A stretch of 64,000 nucleotides of DNA, from NCBI RefSeq assembly GCF_009914755.1, contig NC_060930.1. The stretch is one strand, 5' to 3'. Shown here piece after piece: positions 1 to 20,732 of this stretch; within the stretch, counting starts at the first letter, position 1; each line of letters starts with the position of its first letter. The stretch comes from the human T2T-CHM13v2.0 reference genome, Homo sapiens. Under the pieces are notes generated by a model. It saw nothing but the letters and a program-made list of their open reading frames with translations. It was not told the origin of the DNA and searched no databases. The position numbers and the translations under genes are program-made.

Positions 1-568
1 TTTAACCAAAGAGCGAATTCAGCACACTCACCGAGGATTTGCTTACATTGCAAGCCCTATAGCTACAGAGAAACTGAGCGTTGCAGATAAGATGAACCCA
101 CACATAATTAGACTAACAGGTAAATGAGGACCAGCATCGCAAGAAGCACAAATCCAAACAGTACCCATTTCCTGAACACCTGCACATGCTGTTCATGTTG
201 CCTCCCAATAGTCCCCAAAGCTAAGTGCTGTCACCCCATATAACAGAGAGGTTAAATGACTAAGACCTCGGTACCAAAAAGTGGGGACACAGGATGAACC
301 TCCAAAACATGCTAACTAAAAGAAGCCAAACGTAATATGGGTCCATTTATATGAAATGTCCAAAATACATAAATCCAGAGAACAGTTGCCAGGGGCTGGA
401 GGGCAGGTTGGGAGGTGGTGACTGCTTCATGGGTGTGAGATTTTCCTGGGGGCTGATGGAAGTCTTTTGGAACTAGGTAGAGGTGCTTGCACAACATTGT
501 AAATCAACTAGATGACACCAAATTGTTTACCTTTTATAAATCTCACCTCAATTAAAAAAACAATTGTC

Positions 569-875
569 GGTCGGGTGCAGTGCTCACACCTGTAAACCCA
601 GACTTCGGGAGGCCGAGGCAGGCAGATCACGAGGTCAGGAGATCGAGACCATCCTGGCTAATGCAGTGAAAACCTGTCTCTACTACAAATATAAAAAATT
701 AGCCGGGCATGGTGGCACATGCCTGTAGTCCCAGCTATCGGGAGGCTGAGGCAGAAGGATCCCTTGAACCCAGGGGAGGGAGGTTGCAGTGAGCTGAGAT
801 CATGCCACTGCACTCCAGCCTGGGCAACACAGAGAGACTCAGCCTCAAAATAAAAAAAAATAAAAAAAATAAATT
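569..875 (+). mobile_element. Alu (S/Y-type) in PRPH2 intron 2, followed by an (AATA)n-rich tract to ~940
   Basis: Dimeric Alu consensus sequence with an A-rich tail. Confidence 0.95.
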
Positions 876-1084
876 TAAGTGGTGGGAAAGAAACCAAAAA
901 AGAAATAAATGAATAAATAAATAAATAAATAAATAAATACAAAAGGTGGAGGCCCTGGGTGGGGTTCAAGCCCAGACTGATCTGACCCACAGCTCCACTG
1001 AAGGCTGTTTCCAAAGAGGGAGGCATGCTCTCCAAGCCTGGCTCCGCCCCCATTAGACCCAAATGGGACCGGAGGCTCTCCTTA

Positions 1085-1820
<736 letters not shown>

Positions 1821-2190
1821 GCTCAGTCCCAGGGCCTGTGCAGAGGCAGGGGATGGAGACCCGAGGCAGGCACAGTCCTTGCCCTCGGAGGACTCCACCC
1901 CCAGCCAGGTGGGAGCTCCTGACTCACCTAAGGGACACAGCTGCAAGCAGGTTCTCCAGGCTGATGGGCGGGGCTCCCAGCATATCTTCTGCACTTCTAT
2001 ATTTTTGTGTGTATTTGTTTAGCGCTTACCATACATTCACACAGGTTCAGAATTCAAAAGGGATCTTTACAGTGAAAAGTCTCCCCTTCCCCTCAGGCAG
2101 GCTGGGTATGTTCTACCTGGCCTGGGGGTGATTACCCAGGTGTTTTATGGTCAAAACTCCCTGAGCTGCACACTTAAGATCCGTGCATTT

Positions 2191-3350
<1,160 letters not shown>

Positions 3351-5796
3351 TGCACGCGAAGAATGCGTTACATAATAGACTTTTAGAACATAATAGAAAG
3401 CATAACTGTTTCCAATAGAGATTATTTTAAACAATGTTCATTGAATTGGTCACGAATCTCTTAAAAGATGTCCATCTTTTGCTTCTAAATAAAATCTCTT
3501 TAATATAAAATGCCTCTCACTCCTCATCTCTCAGCCTCCAGGTCCTGACCGCTATGGCCAGTTCCACCAGAGAGAGGCTTCATGCATGGACAAGCAAACA
3601 TGTTTTCATTTTTCCTGTTCTTTTTTTATTACTGCAAATTAGAACATTATATACATACTGTCTTGAACCTTTCTTTTTTCCCTTAGCAATATCTTGGAGA
3701 TCTTTTTTTTTTTTTTTTTTTGGCATGGATGGGGGATGGAGTCTTGCTCTGTCACCCAGGCTGGAGTGCAGTGGTATGCCACCATGCCCAGCTAACTTTT
3801 GTATTTTCAGTAGAGATGGGGTTTTGTCATATTGGCCAGGCTGCTCTGGAACTCCTGATCTCGAGTGATCCACCTGCCTCAGCCTCCCAAAGTGCTGGGA
3901 TTACAGGTATGAGCCACTGCGCTCGGCTGAGATATTTTCGTATCTGTCTGTGGAGTGTCCTGGATTTTTGTTTTTTAATGAGCTGCATGGTATTCCCATT
4001 GCGTGGATGGCACATGGGTCCTAGCCAGTTCCAGACTGATGGAAGTTTGGGTTTTTCCCAGTCTCTCGTTAATACAAACATGGACATCAGTCATTTTGCA
4101 TATTGTGACTATATGGAGCAGGTAAATTCCTTGAAGATGGATCCTTGCATCAAAGGGTGATCTTGCCAGATACCTGCCATTTTTCTCCTCTGGTCTCTCC
4201 TGCTGGGGGCTGAGGTGGGGGCGCGGTTCACAAAGCTCAACCAGCCATGCTCAGGAGAACCTGTCCTCCACAGCCACATCCACACAGGTCAGACTTTTGA
4301 TCTTTGCCAACCTAATCTTTGAAAAACAGTATCTCAGAGTTGTTTTCATTTCCATTTTTCTCATTATGAGTGAAGTTGAGCGTCTTTTGGTGTGCTCAAG
4401 AGCCACTGGTGGTTCCATTTCCATGAACCATGTTGACTTCCGCCTATTATGATTAAGACTTTCTAGAAGGGCTGCATGAGGTGGCCTGGGTCATGGCAAC
4501 CATGTTTCCACACGCCCTGTAATCCCTGCCCTCTACTTCGTGGGCAGAACACACTGCCCAGAGACCACATGGCCCTGGGTGGCATGGGCAGCACAGATCG
4601 GTGACAAGAGCCGGACAGCCTGGGTTTACTCCTGGCTCGCCCACATGCCAGCTCCATCCCTCTGGACAAGTTCCTTAACCTCTCCCTGCCTCTGCTTCCT
4701 TATATTTGAAACAAAGGATTACATGAAGTGATACATGTAAGAGTGCTTGAAGAGTGCTGGTATTAATACATAGTAGCCATGCGCTGTGAGCAAAAGCCAC
4801 CTCACTGGGCAGGTGGCCGAGCAAGAGCCATCAGGGGTGGTACTCTGAGCACCTGGGAGCTGACATCAGGTTGTAAGAACAGAGCCCACCACGCCATATC
4901 ATATCATGGGAGAGCCCTCCCTGGGGAGTTGGCCGTGCAGGTTCTACCAGCTGTGGCAAAGAAGCTGTCAGCTCCTTGAGGGCAGGATCGTGCGGGCCAC
5001 CCTCCATGGTGGGCCTGACACGGAGCACCTGCCCGCTGGCACTGCCTGCCCACCACTCAAAGCCCCACTCCAGCCATGTGCGTGGGGAAGGCAGAAACTG
5101 TGTCTTGCTCAGCTGTCCTTCTGCAGCCCCTCTCTGGGCACCGGGCTGTTGGTGACGGAAGTGGGGCAGGGGTGGGAAGACAAGCTGGAGCAGTGTGAGG
5201 GGGGCCTTCAGCTCGGGCCTCCCGCTCCCCTCTACTGGCCCTCTGGAGGGGCCAGTAGCCCTGGACACACTGAGCAGATGGCATCTCTGCAGTGGTCCCT
5301 CCCTTCTTCCCCCAAGACCTTCCCCAAAGTGTCCTCCTCAAGGCTAGGGGCCTCCCAACCCAAATGCTGTCTGTCCCACCTCCTGACCTACAGGCTGTCC
5401 CTGGAGCCTTCCCCTCAGTACAGTGTCCCAGCTGAGCCATTGCCAGTGTCCTGTGGACAGGGTGGGGGTGGTTGAAAGCACACCACTGAGTCCTAAATAT
5501 GCATTTGGGAGCCATGGAGCTTAAACTCTGTGGACCTGCGTGAGCTGGGAGTGATAGCAGCTGCCTCTCAGGGGTTATGGGGGATATAAATGAGACAATT
5601 CGAGTCACGCATTTGACACAGGCTGGACATGCTGGAGGCCTCAGAAAATGTTGTCCCTCCTTCCGCTTAGAGCCATTGGATAAGACCTGGAAAACCATCG
5701 GATTGTCCTACAGAGGAGCAAGTGGGGCCCAGAGGAGGGCAAGGCCTCGCCCAAAGCCACACAGGAAGTCGGGGTCCAGCCGGGCGCGGTGGCTCA

Positions 5797-6541
<745 letters not shown>

Positions 6542-6847
6542 GAAGTTAAATTTCCTGGAAAACTGTGTGTTTTCTCCCCTCTTCCCTGTCCCAGGAGTCC
6601 TTTCCTAGCCACCACCACCTACCCTCAGGTACCTACCAGGTGGCCCTAAGGTGGAGCAAACCTTGCACACCCGCCTCATGCACACTAAGGTGTCTGTGAT
6701 GTGAGGGTCAGGCCTAAAACTGTGTGGGCTGAGGCCAGCAGAGGCTCTGAGCCGCCCTCAGTCTGCAGGCTGGGCTTGCGGACATTCCCCGTCTCCCCAC
6801 CTCGCCTCCCTGAGCCCCCAGACAAGTCACCCTACTGGTCTCCACCA

Positions 6848-7070
6848 GGCTGTCTCCCCTCACACTGGGGCTCCCTGAGTCAGGGCTGTGTCTCCCCCTC
6901 AGACTGGGGCTCCCTGAAGACGGGGCTGTGTCTCCCCATCAGACTGGGGTTCCCTGAGGACGGGGCTGTGTCTCCCCTCAGACTGGGGCCCCCTGAAGAT
7001 GGGGCTGTCTCCCCTCAAACTGGGGCTTCCTAAAGACAGGGCTGCATCTCCCTCACACTGGGAACTTCCC
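6848..7070 (+). repeat. Degenerate ~39-bp minisatellite, ~6 units (GGCTGTGTCTCCCCTCAGACTGGGGCTCCCTGAGGACGG)
   Basis: Units visible starting near 6848, 6884, 6924, 6964, 7003 and 7040. Confidence 0.9.
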
Positions 7071-7791
7071 AGTGTATTCCCAGGGGCAACATCCAGGTCA
7101 GCCTGGGGGAAAAGGCCAAGCTTGGTGAACGTTGGGACCTGCCTGGGTCACCAGCCTGGGAACTCCTGGGGTCTCTCACTTCTGGAGCTATCCCTCCCCC
7201 ACTCCAAACATCATCTTGTTTACTCAGTGCTTGCCCTCATTCCAACCACAGATTAAGGCTCCTCTCACCCTCTTAAGACAAAGCCAGGCAGAGGAGAGCG
7301 CCTTAGTGGTGAGCCGGCTATTTATATCACAGCGTGTTTCCCAGGCTACGAATTTCACTCTGCGCGGAAGGGGCCGGGGGCGGTGGAGGAGGAGTCACTA
7401 GGGTTTGAAAGGGTCTTGATTAAGATAAGAACTATGTTCTAGGCCACTCTCCCATAAGCAAGGCACAAAGAGCCTGGGAAAATGATCACGTCTGAGTTTT
7501 TCCAGAAAAACCAACATAATTTAGTAAGTGAATCAAATTAGTAAAGCCAGCCATAGGGCAATGAGCAGGGGTATACCTGACAGTGGGTCATGCCAAGCAG
7601 AACGCTGGCTGAGGGACACCTGTGAGACCTTGAGAACTGGCCTAACCTCTCTGAGCCTGAGTTTTCTCATCTAAGAAATGACATTTTAAACACTCGACAG
7701 GGGATGGTGGAAATTAAATGGGATCATACACGTGGAGCATTTGGTACACACTATGTGCTTAGTATGCTTTGATGATTGCTTTTTTGTGTAG

Positions 7792-8097
7792 TGCTGTGGT
7801 TTGAATGTGTCCCCCAAAGTTCCTGTGTTGGAAACGTGAGGCCCAGCATGACAGTGGTGAGAGATGGGACCTTTGAGAGGTGACTGGATTACAAGCGCTC
7901 TGCCCTCATGAGTAGATTAATGCCATTATCATGGGAGTGGGTTCCTGAGGAAAAGGATGAAATCGGGCCCCTCAGCAGATGCGGGCCCCTCCACCTTGGA
8001 CTTCCCAGCCTCCAGAACAGTAAGAAATAAATCTCTACTCTTTATCAATTATCCAGACTCAGGTATTCTGTTATAGCAGCTCACAGTGAAGTAAGAA
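7792..8097 (+). mobile_element. MaLR LTR (MST/MLT1A-like)
   Basis: Begins TGCTGTGGTTTGAATGTGTCCCCCAAAG and has the typical 3' part CTTGGACTTCCCAGCCTCCAGAAC...AAATAAAT...GGTATTCTGTTATAGCAGC. Confidence 0.85.
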
Positions 8098-8140
8098 AAT
8101 AAGTCACTGAGTGTGAGGTACTAGACGGTGAGGGGTGACA

Positions 8141-8430
8141 TGAGGAGGAGACACAGCCCCGTCCTCAGGCAGCCCCAGTCTGAGGGGGGAATGCAGCCCT
8201 GTCCTCAGGGAGCCCCAGTCTGAGGGGAGATGCAGCCCTGTCTTCAGGGGACCCTAGTTTGAGGGAAACACAGCCCCATCCTCAGGGAGCCCCGGTCTGA
8301 GGGGAGACACAGCCCCATCCTCAGGGAGCCCTGGTCTGAGGGGAGACATAGCCCAGCCCTCAGGAAGCCCCAATTTGAAGGGGAGACACAGCTCTCTTCA
8401 AAGAGTTCCCGTCTGAGAGGGGAGAAACCC
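8141..8430 (-). repeat. Same ~39-bp minisatellite in inverted orientation, ~7.5 units
   Basis: Plus-strand unit TGAGGGGAGACACAGCCCCATCCTCAGGGAGCCCCAGTC is the reverse complement of the 6848-7070 unit. Confidence 0.9.
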
Positions 8431-9334
8431 CATAGAGTCAAGTTCTAATCTTCTCCTTGAGATGTCTACGAATTGTTTAAGAAGAGCAAGCAGGTACCTG
8501 TAGTCTGTGGGTTCCCTGGGAAGAATGGTGAAGAGCAAGAGCTTGGTGCCAGCTTCTCCCTCAGACTGGGGACCCCAGGCTGGGCCTTCCTGGCTGGTAG
8601 TTCCTGGTTCCAAAATGTCTGAGCTCCCGCATGTTCTACCTCTCACCCCAAGACACTGCAGCTCTGCTCATCCTGCAACCTTTAAAAGAAGTGTTGTAAA
8701 CTGACTGAAGACCTCATGTCCTTCCTCATGTGCTACGGTAAGATACACAGAGCGGCACTGTAGGAAATGTTCTTGCCACAACTGAGCCTGATCCAACCAT
8801 ACCTCGACCCAGACTACTGGTTTATGAGGAAATACAGGGGACAGAAGAACAAGTTAGACAACACCATTTGGCTGCAATTGCCCAACTCCAAACTATGGGG
8901 GATTCTGCAGGACACGTGGCCCAGTTTCTCTCACACATATGGTATGAAAAAGGGGACAGTTTTCTAGTAAAACAGACAGGAAACCAAACAACCAAATGCA
9001 AAGCATGGACTTGGTTTGGATCCTGAATTGACCAACTGTAAAAAGCATTCCGAGACTATCAGGGAAAACTGAACATAGACTGGGTATTGATTGATATTGC
9101 CATTAAATCTGTTGACTATGACTGGTCTTGTGCTTATGTTCAGCAGAAACAAAAGGGCAAAAAACAACTAAAGCCTCTTTATCTGTTGGAGATGCCTATT
9201 AAAGTATTTACAGGTAAAAGGAAAGTATGTCCAGGATTTGCTTTAGGATATTCAGAAGGGGAAAATGTGTTTGGGGGAGGGTAGTATAGATGAAACAGGC
9301 AAAATATTGATATTTGTTCCTAGGTGATGGCTAG

Positions 9335-9475
<141 letters not shown>

Positions 9476-9669
9476 TAGAGACCTTGTGCTCAAGTGATCC
9501 TCCCACCTCAGCCTCCGAGTAGCTGGAGTTACAGGTGTGTTGCCACCACACCTGGCTAGGTGATGGCTACATGAGAATTAATTATAATGAACTCTCTAAT
9601 TTTGTGAAAGCTTGAGTTTTTTCTATAATAGAAGTCGGAAATGCAATAAAATAAGATAAAAGAACATCA

Positions 9670-10000
<331 letters not shown>

Positions 10001-10554
10001 TCACTGATACCTTGCTCTGAAAAGACAGAGTCAGTGAGGGAGACAGCATTCCTGGACTTGGCTCCTCCCTCTGAGAGCCTCCTCCAAGTGTAGCAGGAAG
10101 TGTGTCCCCCTCTTCCTGGCCCACCCAGGACCACCAGGCCAGGGGAGGGAGATGTGGGAGGTTGAAGCCCAGTGACAGCCCCATTTACCACAGGCGCCGC
10201 AGAGCCCGGAATGGTGTTTCTAGTTTCTGTGGGGCCACCTCGTTATTATCTGAGACGCTGGCACAGAAGCACTGGAATCCGAACCTAATCCATCCATGTT
10301 TTCCAACCCTGCATCATCTCTGCCCACCCCTTTCCCTGTCCTTCTTGGAGAGGAAATGGAGAAGAAGAAGACAGGGAAAGGCCGGGAGCGGTGGCTCACA
10401 CCTGTAATCTCAGCACTCTGGGAGGCCGAGGCAGGAAGATCACCTGAGGTCAGGAATTTGAGACCAGCCTGGCCAACATGGAGAAACCCCGTCTCTACAA
10501 AATTACAAAAATTAGCTGGGCGTGATGGTGGGTGTCTGTAATCCCAGCTACTCA

Positions 10555-10770
<216 letters not shown>

Positions 10771-10869
10771 TCAGTGAGCAAACATTCATTTAATGCCGAA
10801 TGTATGCAAGAGGTACTTTAACATCGCTGGGAAACAGGAGAGTAAGGTGAAAAGAGCAGAATTAAAATC

Positions 10870-11416
<547 letters not shown>

Positions 11417-11423
11417 TAGCTAA

Positions 11424-12065
<642 letters not shown>

Positions 12066-12133
12066 TCATAGGCAGGTTGGGGATGGGGTGCAGTCACTGG
12101 GCTACTCCCCTAAGACAGAGCAGCCAAAACTCA

Positions 12134-12716
<583 letters not shown>

Positions 12717-13122
12717 TCAACTTTCTCTAGCCCAGTCCGGTGAAGTGCCCACTGCACAGAATGGAAAGTTATTCCAGGAACAGAGCCTGCAGAAATGCCT
12801 GGAAATCACTGTCACCAGACACCGCCCATGCCCAGTCTGTGTCAGAGGAGGATCCCTGTGGATTTTCTCCAGGCTACCCATGCTCAGACCAGCTCATTCT
12901 CCTGGGATCGCTTCCCCACAGTCCTCAGGTCAAGTAGGAGAAAGAGGCTCACCCGAACCTCTTTGTTGGCTCATCCAAATTTGATGGGGAGAGGGGAAAC
13001 AAAAAAAAGGAGAATTCTGCCTGGCATGGTGGTGGGTGCCTATAATCCCAGGTACTCTGGAGGCTGAGGTGGGATGGTTGCTTGAAACCAGGAGTTCAAG
13101 ACCAGCCTAAGCAACAGAGTAA

Positions 13123-13488
<366 letters not shown>

Positions 13489-13629
13489 TAGCTGGGATTA
13501 TAGGTGTGTGCCACTACACCTGGTTAATTTTGTATTTTCAGTAGAGACAGAGTTTCACCAAGTTGGTCAGGCTGTTCTCAAACTCCTGACCTCAAGTGAT
13601 CCACCCGCCTCAGCCTCCCAAAGTGCTAG

Positions 13630-14035
<406 letters not shown>

Positions 14036-15084
14036 CTACTTGGGAGGCTGAGACAGGAGAATCAATTGAACCAGGGGGGCGAGGATGCAGTGAGCTGAGA
14101 TCGCACCATGGCACTCCAGCCTGGGCAACAAATACAAAAAGAAAAGGATCTTGGTGGATGATAACCTCCCTCTCCCTGCCCTTTTGCCGGCCTCACCTCT
14201 TTGCCATCAGAATCCTAGCCCGGGGGGTGCTGCCGAGATAATCCAGAAGGTAAATGCTTACCATTTCTCAGTGCTTGTGATCTCAAAAAATAAATAAATA
14301 TAACTTACATTTTTCAGGGAAGGGTTTTGGAGAGCCAGCTTTGTCATGTAAACTCACTAAACCCTCCAAAATGAAGCCATGAAAACATGAACAGAAAAAA
14401 TTTTTTAGTTTTCCTTGGAGGTGGGAGTAAATGCCATTCCACAGTCTCTCATTCATTCCTTCTTTCATTCCTTCTACCAACAGATAAGGGCTGTGCTCTG
14501 GTCTCAGGCACTGGTCCTCAGGCAACCCAGCTCTGAGCAGCTTTCTGAACATAATCCCAGGAGCCTCACTTCCCTCGCAGGCCTTGTTCAGTGATCATGT
14601 AAAAGTCTGTGGGACTGGGCGCGGTGGCTCATGTTTGGAATCCCAGCACTTTGGGAGGTTGAGGCGGGAGCATCACTTGAGCCCAGAAGTTAAAGACCAG
14701 CTTGGCCAACGTGGTGAAACCCCGTCTCTACTAAAAATAGAAAAATTAGCCAGAGGCCAGGCACGGTGGCTCATGCCTGTAATCCCAGCACTTTGGGAGG
14801 TCAAGGCAGGTGGATCATCTGAGCTCAGGAGTTTGAGACCAGCCTGAGGGCAACATGGCGAAACCCTGTCTCTACCAAAAATACAGAAAATTAGCCAGAT
14901 GTGGTGGCTCACGTCTGTAGTCCCAGGTACTCGGGAGGCTGAGGTGGGAGAATCACTTGAGCCTGGGAGGTGGGAGTTGCAGTGAGCCTGGAGAGTGAGA
15001 CCATCTCAAGAGAGTGAGACCCTGTCTCAAAAAAAAAAAAAAAAAAATTAGCCCAGCATGGTGCCACACACCTATATAATCTCA

Positions 15085-15216
<132 letters not shown>

Positions 15217-15579
15217 TTAATTAAATAAAAATAAAAGTCTGTGGGAAAGTCTCTCTGCAAAGGTGGCCCTATCAGACTGCACCCTTGGAAGAACACGTAG
15301 CCCACTGCAGTATGAGGTCACTGGAGGTTTTGAAAAGGATAAAAGCATTTCAGTTCTAAGAAATTTGTGTGCTAATTCATATATATTTTTTTTTTCTGAG
15401 ATAGGGTCTTACTCTGTCACCTAGGCTGAAGTGCAGTGGCATGATCTTAGCTCACTACAACCTCTGCCTCCTGGGCTCAAATAAATTATCCTCCTGCCTC
15501 AGCCTCCTGAGTAGCTAGGACCACAGGTGCAAGCCACCACTCCTGGCTAATGTTTTTATGTTTTGGGCTTTTTTTTTAA

Positions 15580-15696
<117 letters not shown>

Positions 15697-16318
15697 TAAT
15701 TGTGTCTTTAGACAAACTTTGTGGAAAGTTAAAGCCAAAGGTCCATTTTTCTCAGGGAAATTTAGCCTAAGGGAAATAAAAGACAGAGACAGAGAGAAGC
15801 AAAATGCTCAAAGATGCCCATTCCAGTGTTACTTATAATAGAGGTAAATAAAAATCTGAATGCTTGCCTAAGCATGTACTTTCATTCAGTGGACTTCCTT
15901 TTTTTTTTTTTCTTTGAGATCGAGTCTCACACTGTCTCCCGGGCTGGAGTACAGTGGCAAGATCTCGGCACACTGCAACCCCCGCCTCCCTGGTTCTCTG
16001 GTTCAAGCAATTCTCCTGCCTCAGCCTCCCGAGTAGCTGAGATTACAGGCATGCCACCACGCCCAGCTAATTTTCTGTATTTTTAGTAGAGATGAGGTTT
16101 CACTATTTTGGTCAGGCTGGTTTCGAACTCCTGACCTCGTGATCCACCTACCTTGGCCTCCCAAAGTGTTGGGATTACAGGCGTGAGCCACTGCACCTGG
16201 CTTCAGTGGACTTCTTATGCAACCATTAAACATGATCATTGTGGATATTATGCAAATGTTATACTATCAGATTACAAAATGGAACACTAAATTGTCTTTT
16301 TTTTTTTTTTTTTTTTGA

Positions 16319-16426
<108 letters not shown>

Positions 16427-18481
16427 TAGCTGGGATTACAGGCATGCATCACCATGCCCGGCTAATTTTGTATTTTTAGTAGAGACGGGGTTTCTCCGTG
16501 TTGGTCAGGCTGGTCTCGAACTCCCGAACTCAGGTGATCCGCCCGCCTCGGCCTCCCAAAGTGCTGGGATTACAGGTGTGAGCTACCGCACCCGGCCCTA
16601 AATTGTCTTTATACTATCATTACACTGTATGATTATGTAAATGTTAACAAGACTAGACTGAAACTGAAATGTAGAAAAACTAAAGGCATTAATCAAGTTA
16701 TGGGTGAGAAGCTAGCTTGAATTTGTTTTCCTATTTTGGCTTCTTTTAATATTACTGCTGTATTTTTTGTGCGTGTAATAGAAGAATTTTTCCAAGTCAG
16801 TGGAGTTAGGAAAATTTCCCACCAACAAGTTGGTATGGGACATTGAAGGAGTTTTGATTCAGCTAAATATTTGCCTGAAATTTTGGATCCATTGACCATT
16901 GAGAGTGGAGTGACCTAGATAATTCCTTCACTCTGATACAAAAGGGGATTTGGAGTTACCGAGAGATTTGAATACATCTGTCCAAGAACTGACTCTATGC
17001 AGGAGACAATCAAGGGAAATGATAGAGGAAAAGATGAAAAGCCCCTTCTCTGTGAGCCTCTGCTCACAGAGGCTGGTTCTACCATCGGCCTCTCCCACTC
17101 CCCAGAATTCTGCTTGTCCCCCTGGCTTCATGCCCTCCTCGGGAGATTTATGTAAATCGTGGCATCTTGTGCTGCCCCTGCAGACCTGTCACCTGGGAAG
17201 GGCACAGCCCTTTACAATCCTCTCCTGACTGGGGATTTGCAGCAGTAATCTCCATCCACAAGAAAATAAAATCCCAAGAAGTGACCTTCACTTGGACGTC
17301 CCTTCCATCTGCAGGGCAGATATAAGCTAGCTATTTGGGCGTCATTAATGTTGTTTTGGGCTTCAAACATGTCCTGCTGCTGGTGCCAATGCCCTGAGTT
17401 CAAGTTCCCTTTGGACTTGCCAGCCTCACTGGGAAGAAAAAAAAACCACCCTTAGGAATAACTGAACCCCTAACCTCAGCCAGGTAGGGTCGAGTCAGAC
17501 AGAAAGAAGAGGTGAGGGAAAGCGGCTGCCTCAAGGCAGGCTGCCCTTTCCCTGAAAAGTCACTCGAGCCCCAGGTTGGTGGGTGTGTTGGGAAGAGCAG
17601 CCCGCTGGAGCCAGTGCACAGGCTGTTCCCTCCGACACAGTGGTCGAGAGTCTCTCTCTCACCAGCACCTCCCACAGCCCATCGCAGCATTTTACTTTTA
17701 CATATGCCAAGAATACTTTAGAAATGCTTTATCACATTGCACTATCATGACTCGCTAAGTAAACACCAGCAAGCATTTAATGAGTACCTGCTGCATGCCA
17801 GCTACCAGGCAGGGCTAGGAGGTGACTTCCAAAATTACCTATTCTATTCCAGTGCTCATTTAAAAGATGGGCAAGCCAAAGCGCAGAGTGACTAGTGACC
17901 TGCCCAAGGTCACAAGACCTTGAACAACAGAACCAAAACTTCACCCTAGATCTCATGACTTCCCCTTCCTATGCTCTTTCCAACATATCCAGACAAACAT
18001 CTTGGGAATGGATGCTCAGGGTTGAAAGGTTGGAAAACAAGGGAACTAACTAGGAAATTTAAACTTCTGGGACTGAATCCATCTACTTTGAATGAATGGG
18101 ACAAATAGCCAAATAGTACCTCAGTGTTTGTGATCTATGAATGACTTCCATCCCTCTGTATAAAGTGGACACACATTGCTGCCTGGCTCTTCATCCCAAG
18201 GGGCTCCTATCCAAACAGCTTATATAAATTGATACCTTCCTACCACCTTAGCCAATGTTAGGTTGAACCCTATGAAGTTGTCATTTTTTATGGGTCAAAG
18301 AGGTAGAATATTAGCAATTTCATATGGTTCCACCTGATACACCCTCACATACGCAGCAATAAGTTGTGCACCCGATGGAGAGGAAAAGGCACTGGGTGCG
18401 GGGAGAGGGGCTGGTCAGAGGCCTGAGCCTCAGTGTCCCCAATATATTCATAGCTCTGACCCCAGGACTGGAAGCCACTCA

Positions 18482-19117
<636 letters not shown>

Positions 19118-19140
19118 TTAACGAGCCCAGAGGCGGAGAC

Positions 19141-19203
19141 TTAGGGCCTTGGGAAAAGTGCAGATGGCCCAAGCTGTAGGGAGCTGCCCTGGGGGCTACC
19201 CAT
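19141..19203 (-). other. Candidate 20-codon uORF upstream of the PRPH2 start (MGSPQGSSLQLGPSALFPRP*)
   Basis: ATG at 19203 in context GAC ATG G, TAA at 19143-19141, ending 77 nt before the main ATG. Requires a TSS above 19203. Confidence 0.6.
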
Positions 19204-19249
19204 GTCGAGTCCCACTAGCCTGGGATCCCCGTGAATGCAGTAGTGGTGG

Positions 19250-19430
19250 CAGGGGTCTCGGAATCACAGCTTGAGCAGGGGATAGTCCTGGTCCTGGGCG
19301 TTGTTTCTTCAGCGCCCTTCCCAGCCAAGAAGGGGCAGCCTGAACGCTGCAGATTAAAAGTGGGATCCACAAGACATTTTGCTAATCTCTTTAGCCAGGT
19401 TCATCCCATTAGATAAAGCCATGCCACTCT
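19250..19430 (-). promoter_or_regulatory. PRPH2: PRPH2 proximal promoter with CRX/OTX-type sites
   Basis: K50-homeodomain TAATC cores at 19352-19357 (GATTAA) and 19382-19387 (CTAATC), in unique sequence ~290-320 nt upstream of the ATG of a photoreceptor gene. Confidence 0.7.
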
Positions 19431-19638
19431 CAAAACATGGTCAAAAGCAGCCTCCAGGTACATGCTGAACCAGAAAGCTCTGGGTACAGCTTGGAGAATC
19501 AGGAGCAAAGGGCAAGACTGGCCAGAAGAATGGGCTGTATCTGGATGTCTGGCTCAGACCGTGTTGCTCCCCAAAAGCATATTTCCAGGCCAATCTCCTT
19601 CAACATTTAAAACTTTCTGTAGGACAAATAAATTGTTA

Positions 19639-19881
<243 letters not shown>

Positions 19882-20396
19882 TCACCTGAGCCTGGGGAGT
19901 TCAAGGCTGCACTGAGCCATGATCGTGCCACTGCACTCCAGCCTGGGTGACAGAGTGAGGCCCTGTCTCAAATTTTAAAAAGACAAAGAAAAGAAGAGAA
20001 GAAGGAAGGAAAGAAAGAAAGTGACAGATCGTGAGAAAACATTTGCAACTTGTAAAATTAAAAAGTAATATACAGTGGCCAGGCATGGTGGCTTATGCCT
20101 GTAATCCCAGTACTTTGGGAGGCCAAGGCAGGTGGATCGCTTGAGCCCAGGAGGTGGAGGTTGCACTGAACTGAGATCCCCACATTGCACTCCAGCCTGG
20201 GTGACAGTGAGACTCTGTCTGGAAAAAAAAAAAAAAAGAATTAATATGCAAAAATGTTTTAAGTCCCACAAATTCACAATAAACAAAAATTCACAATCAA
20301 AAGACCAATAATCAACTGGAAAAATAGGCAAAAACCAGGAACAGACAATTCATAATTAGGAAACTTGAAAAGTCCAATAATCTGGAAAAGATCTCA

Positions 20397-20732
<336 letters not shown>

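Noticed and set aside
4831-5698. Overlapping 145-213 aa ORFs in PRPH2 intron 1
   Set aside because: GC-rich intronic sequence with open frames on both strands, no recognisable domain and no exon structure.
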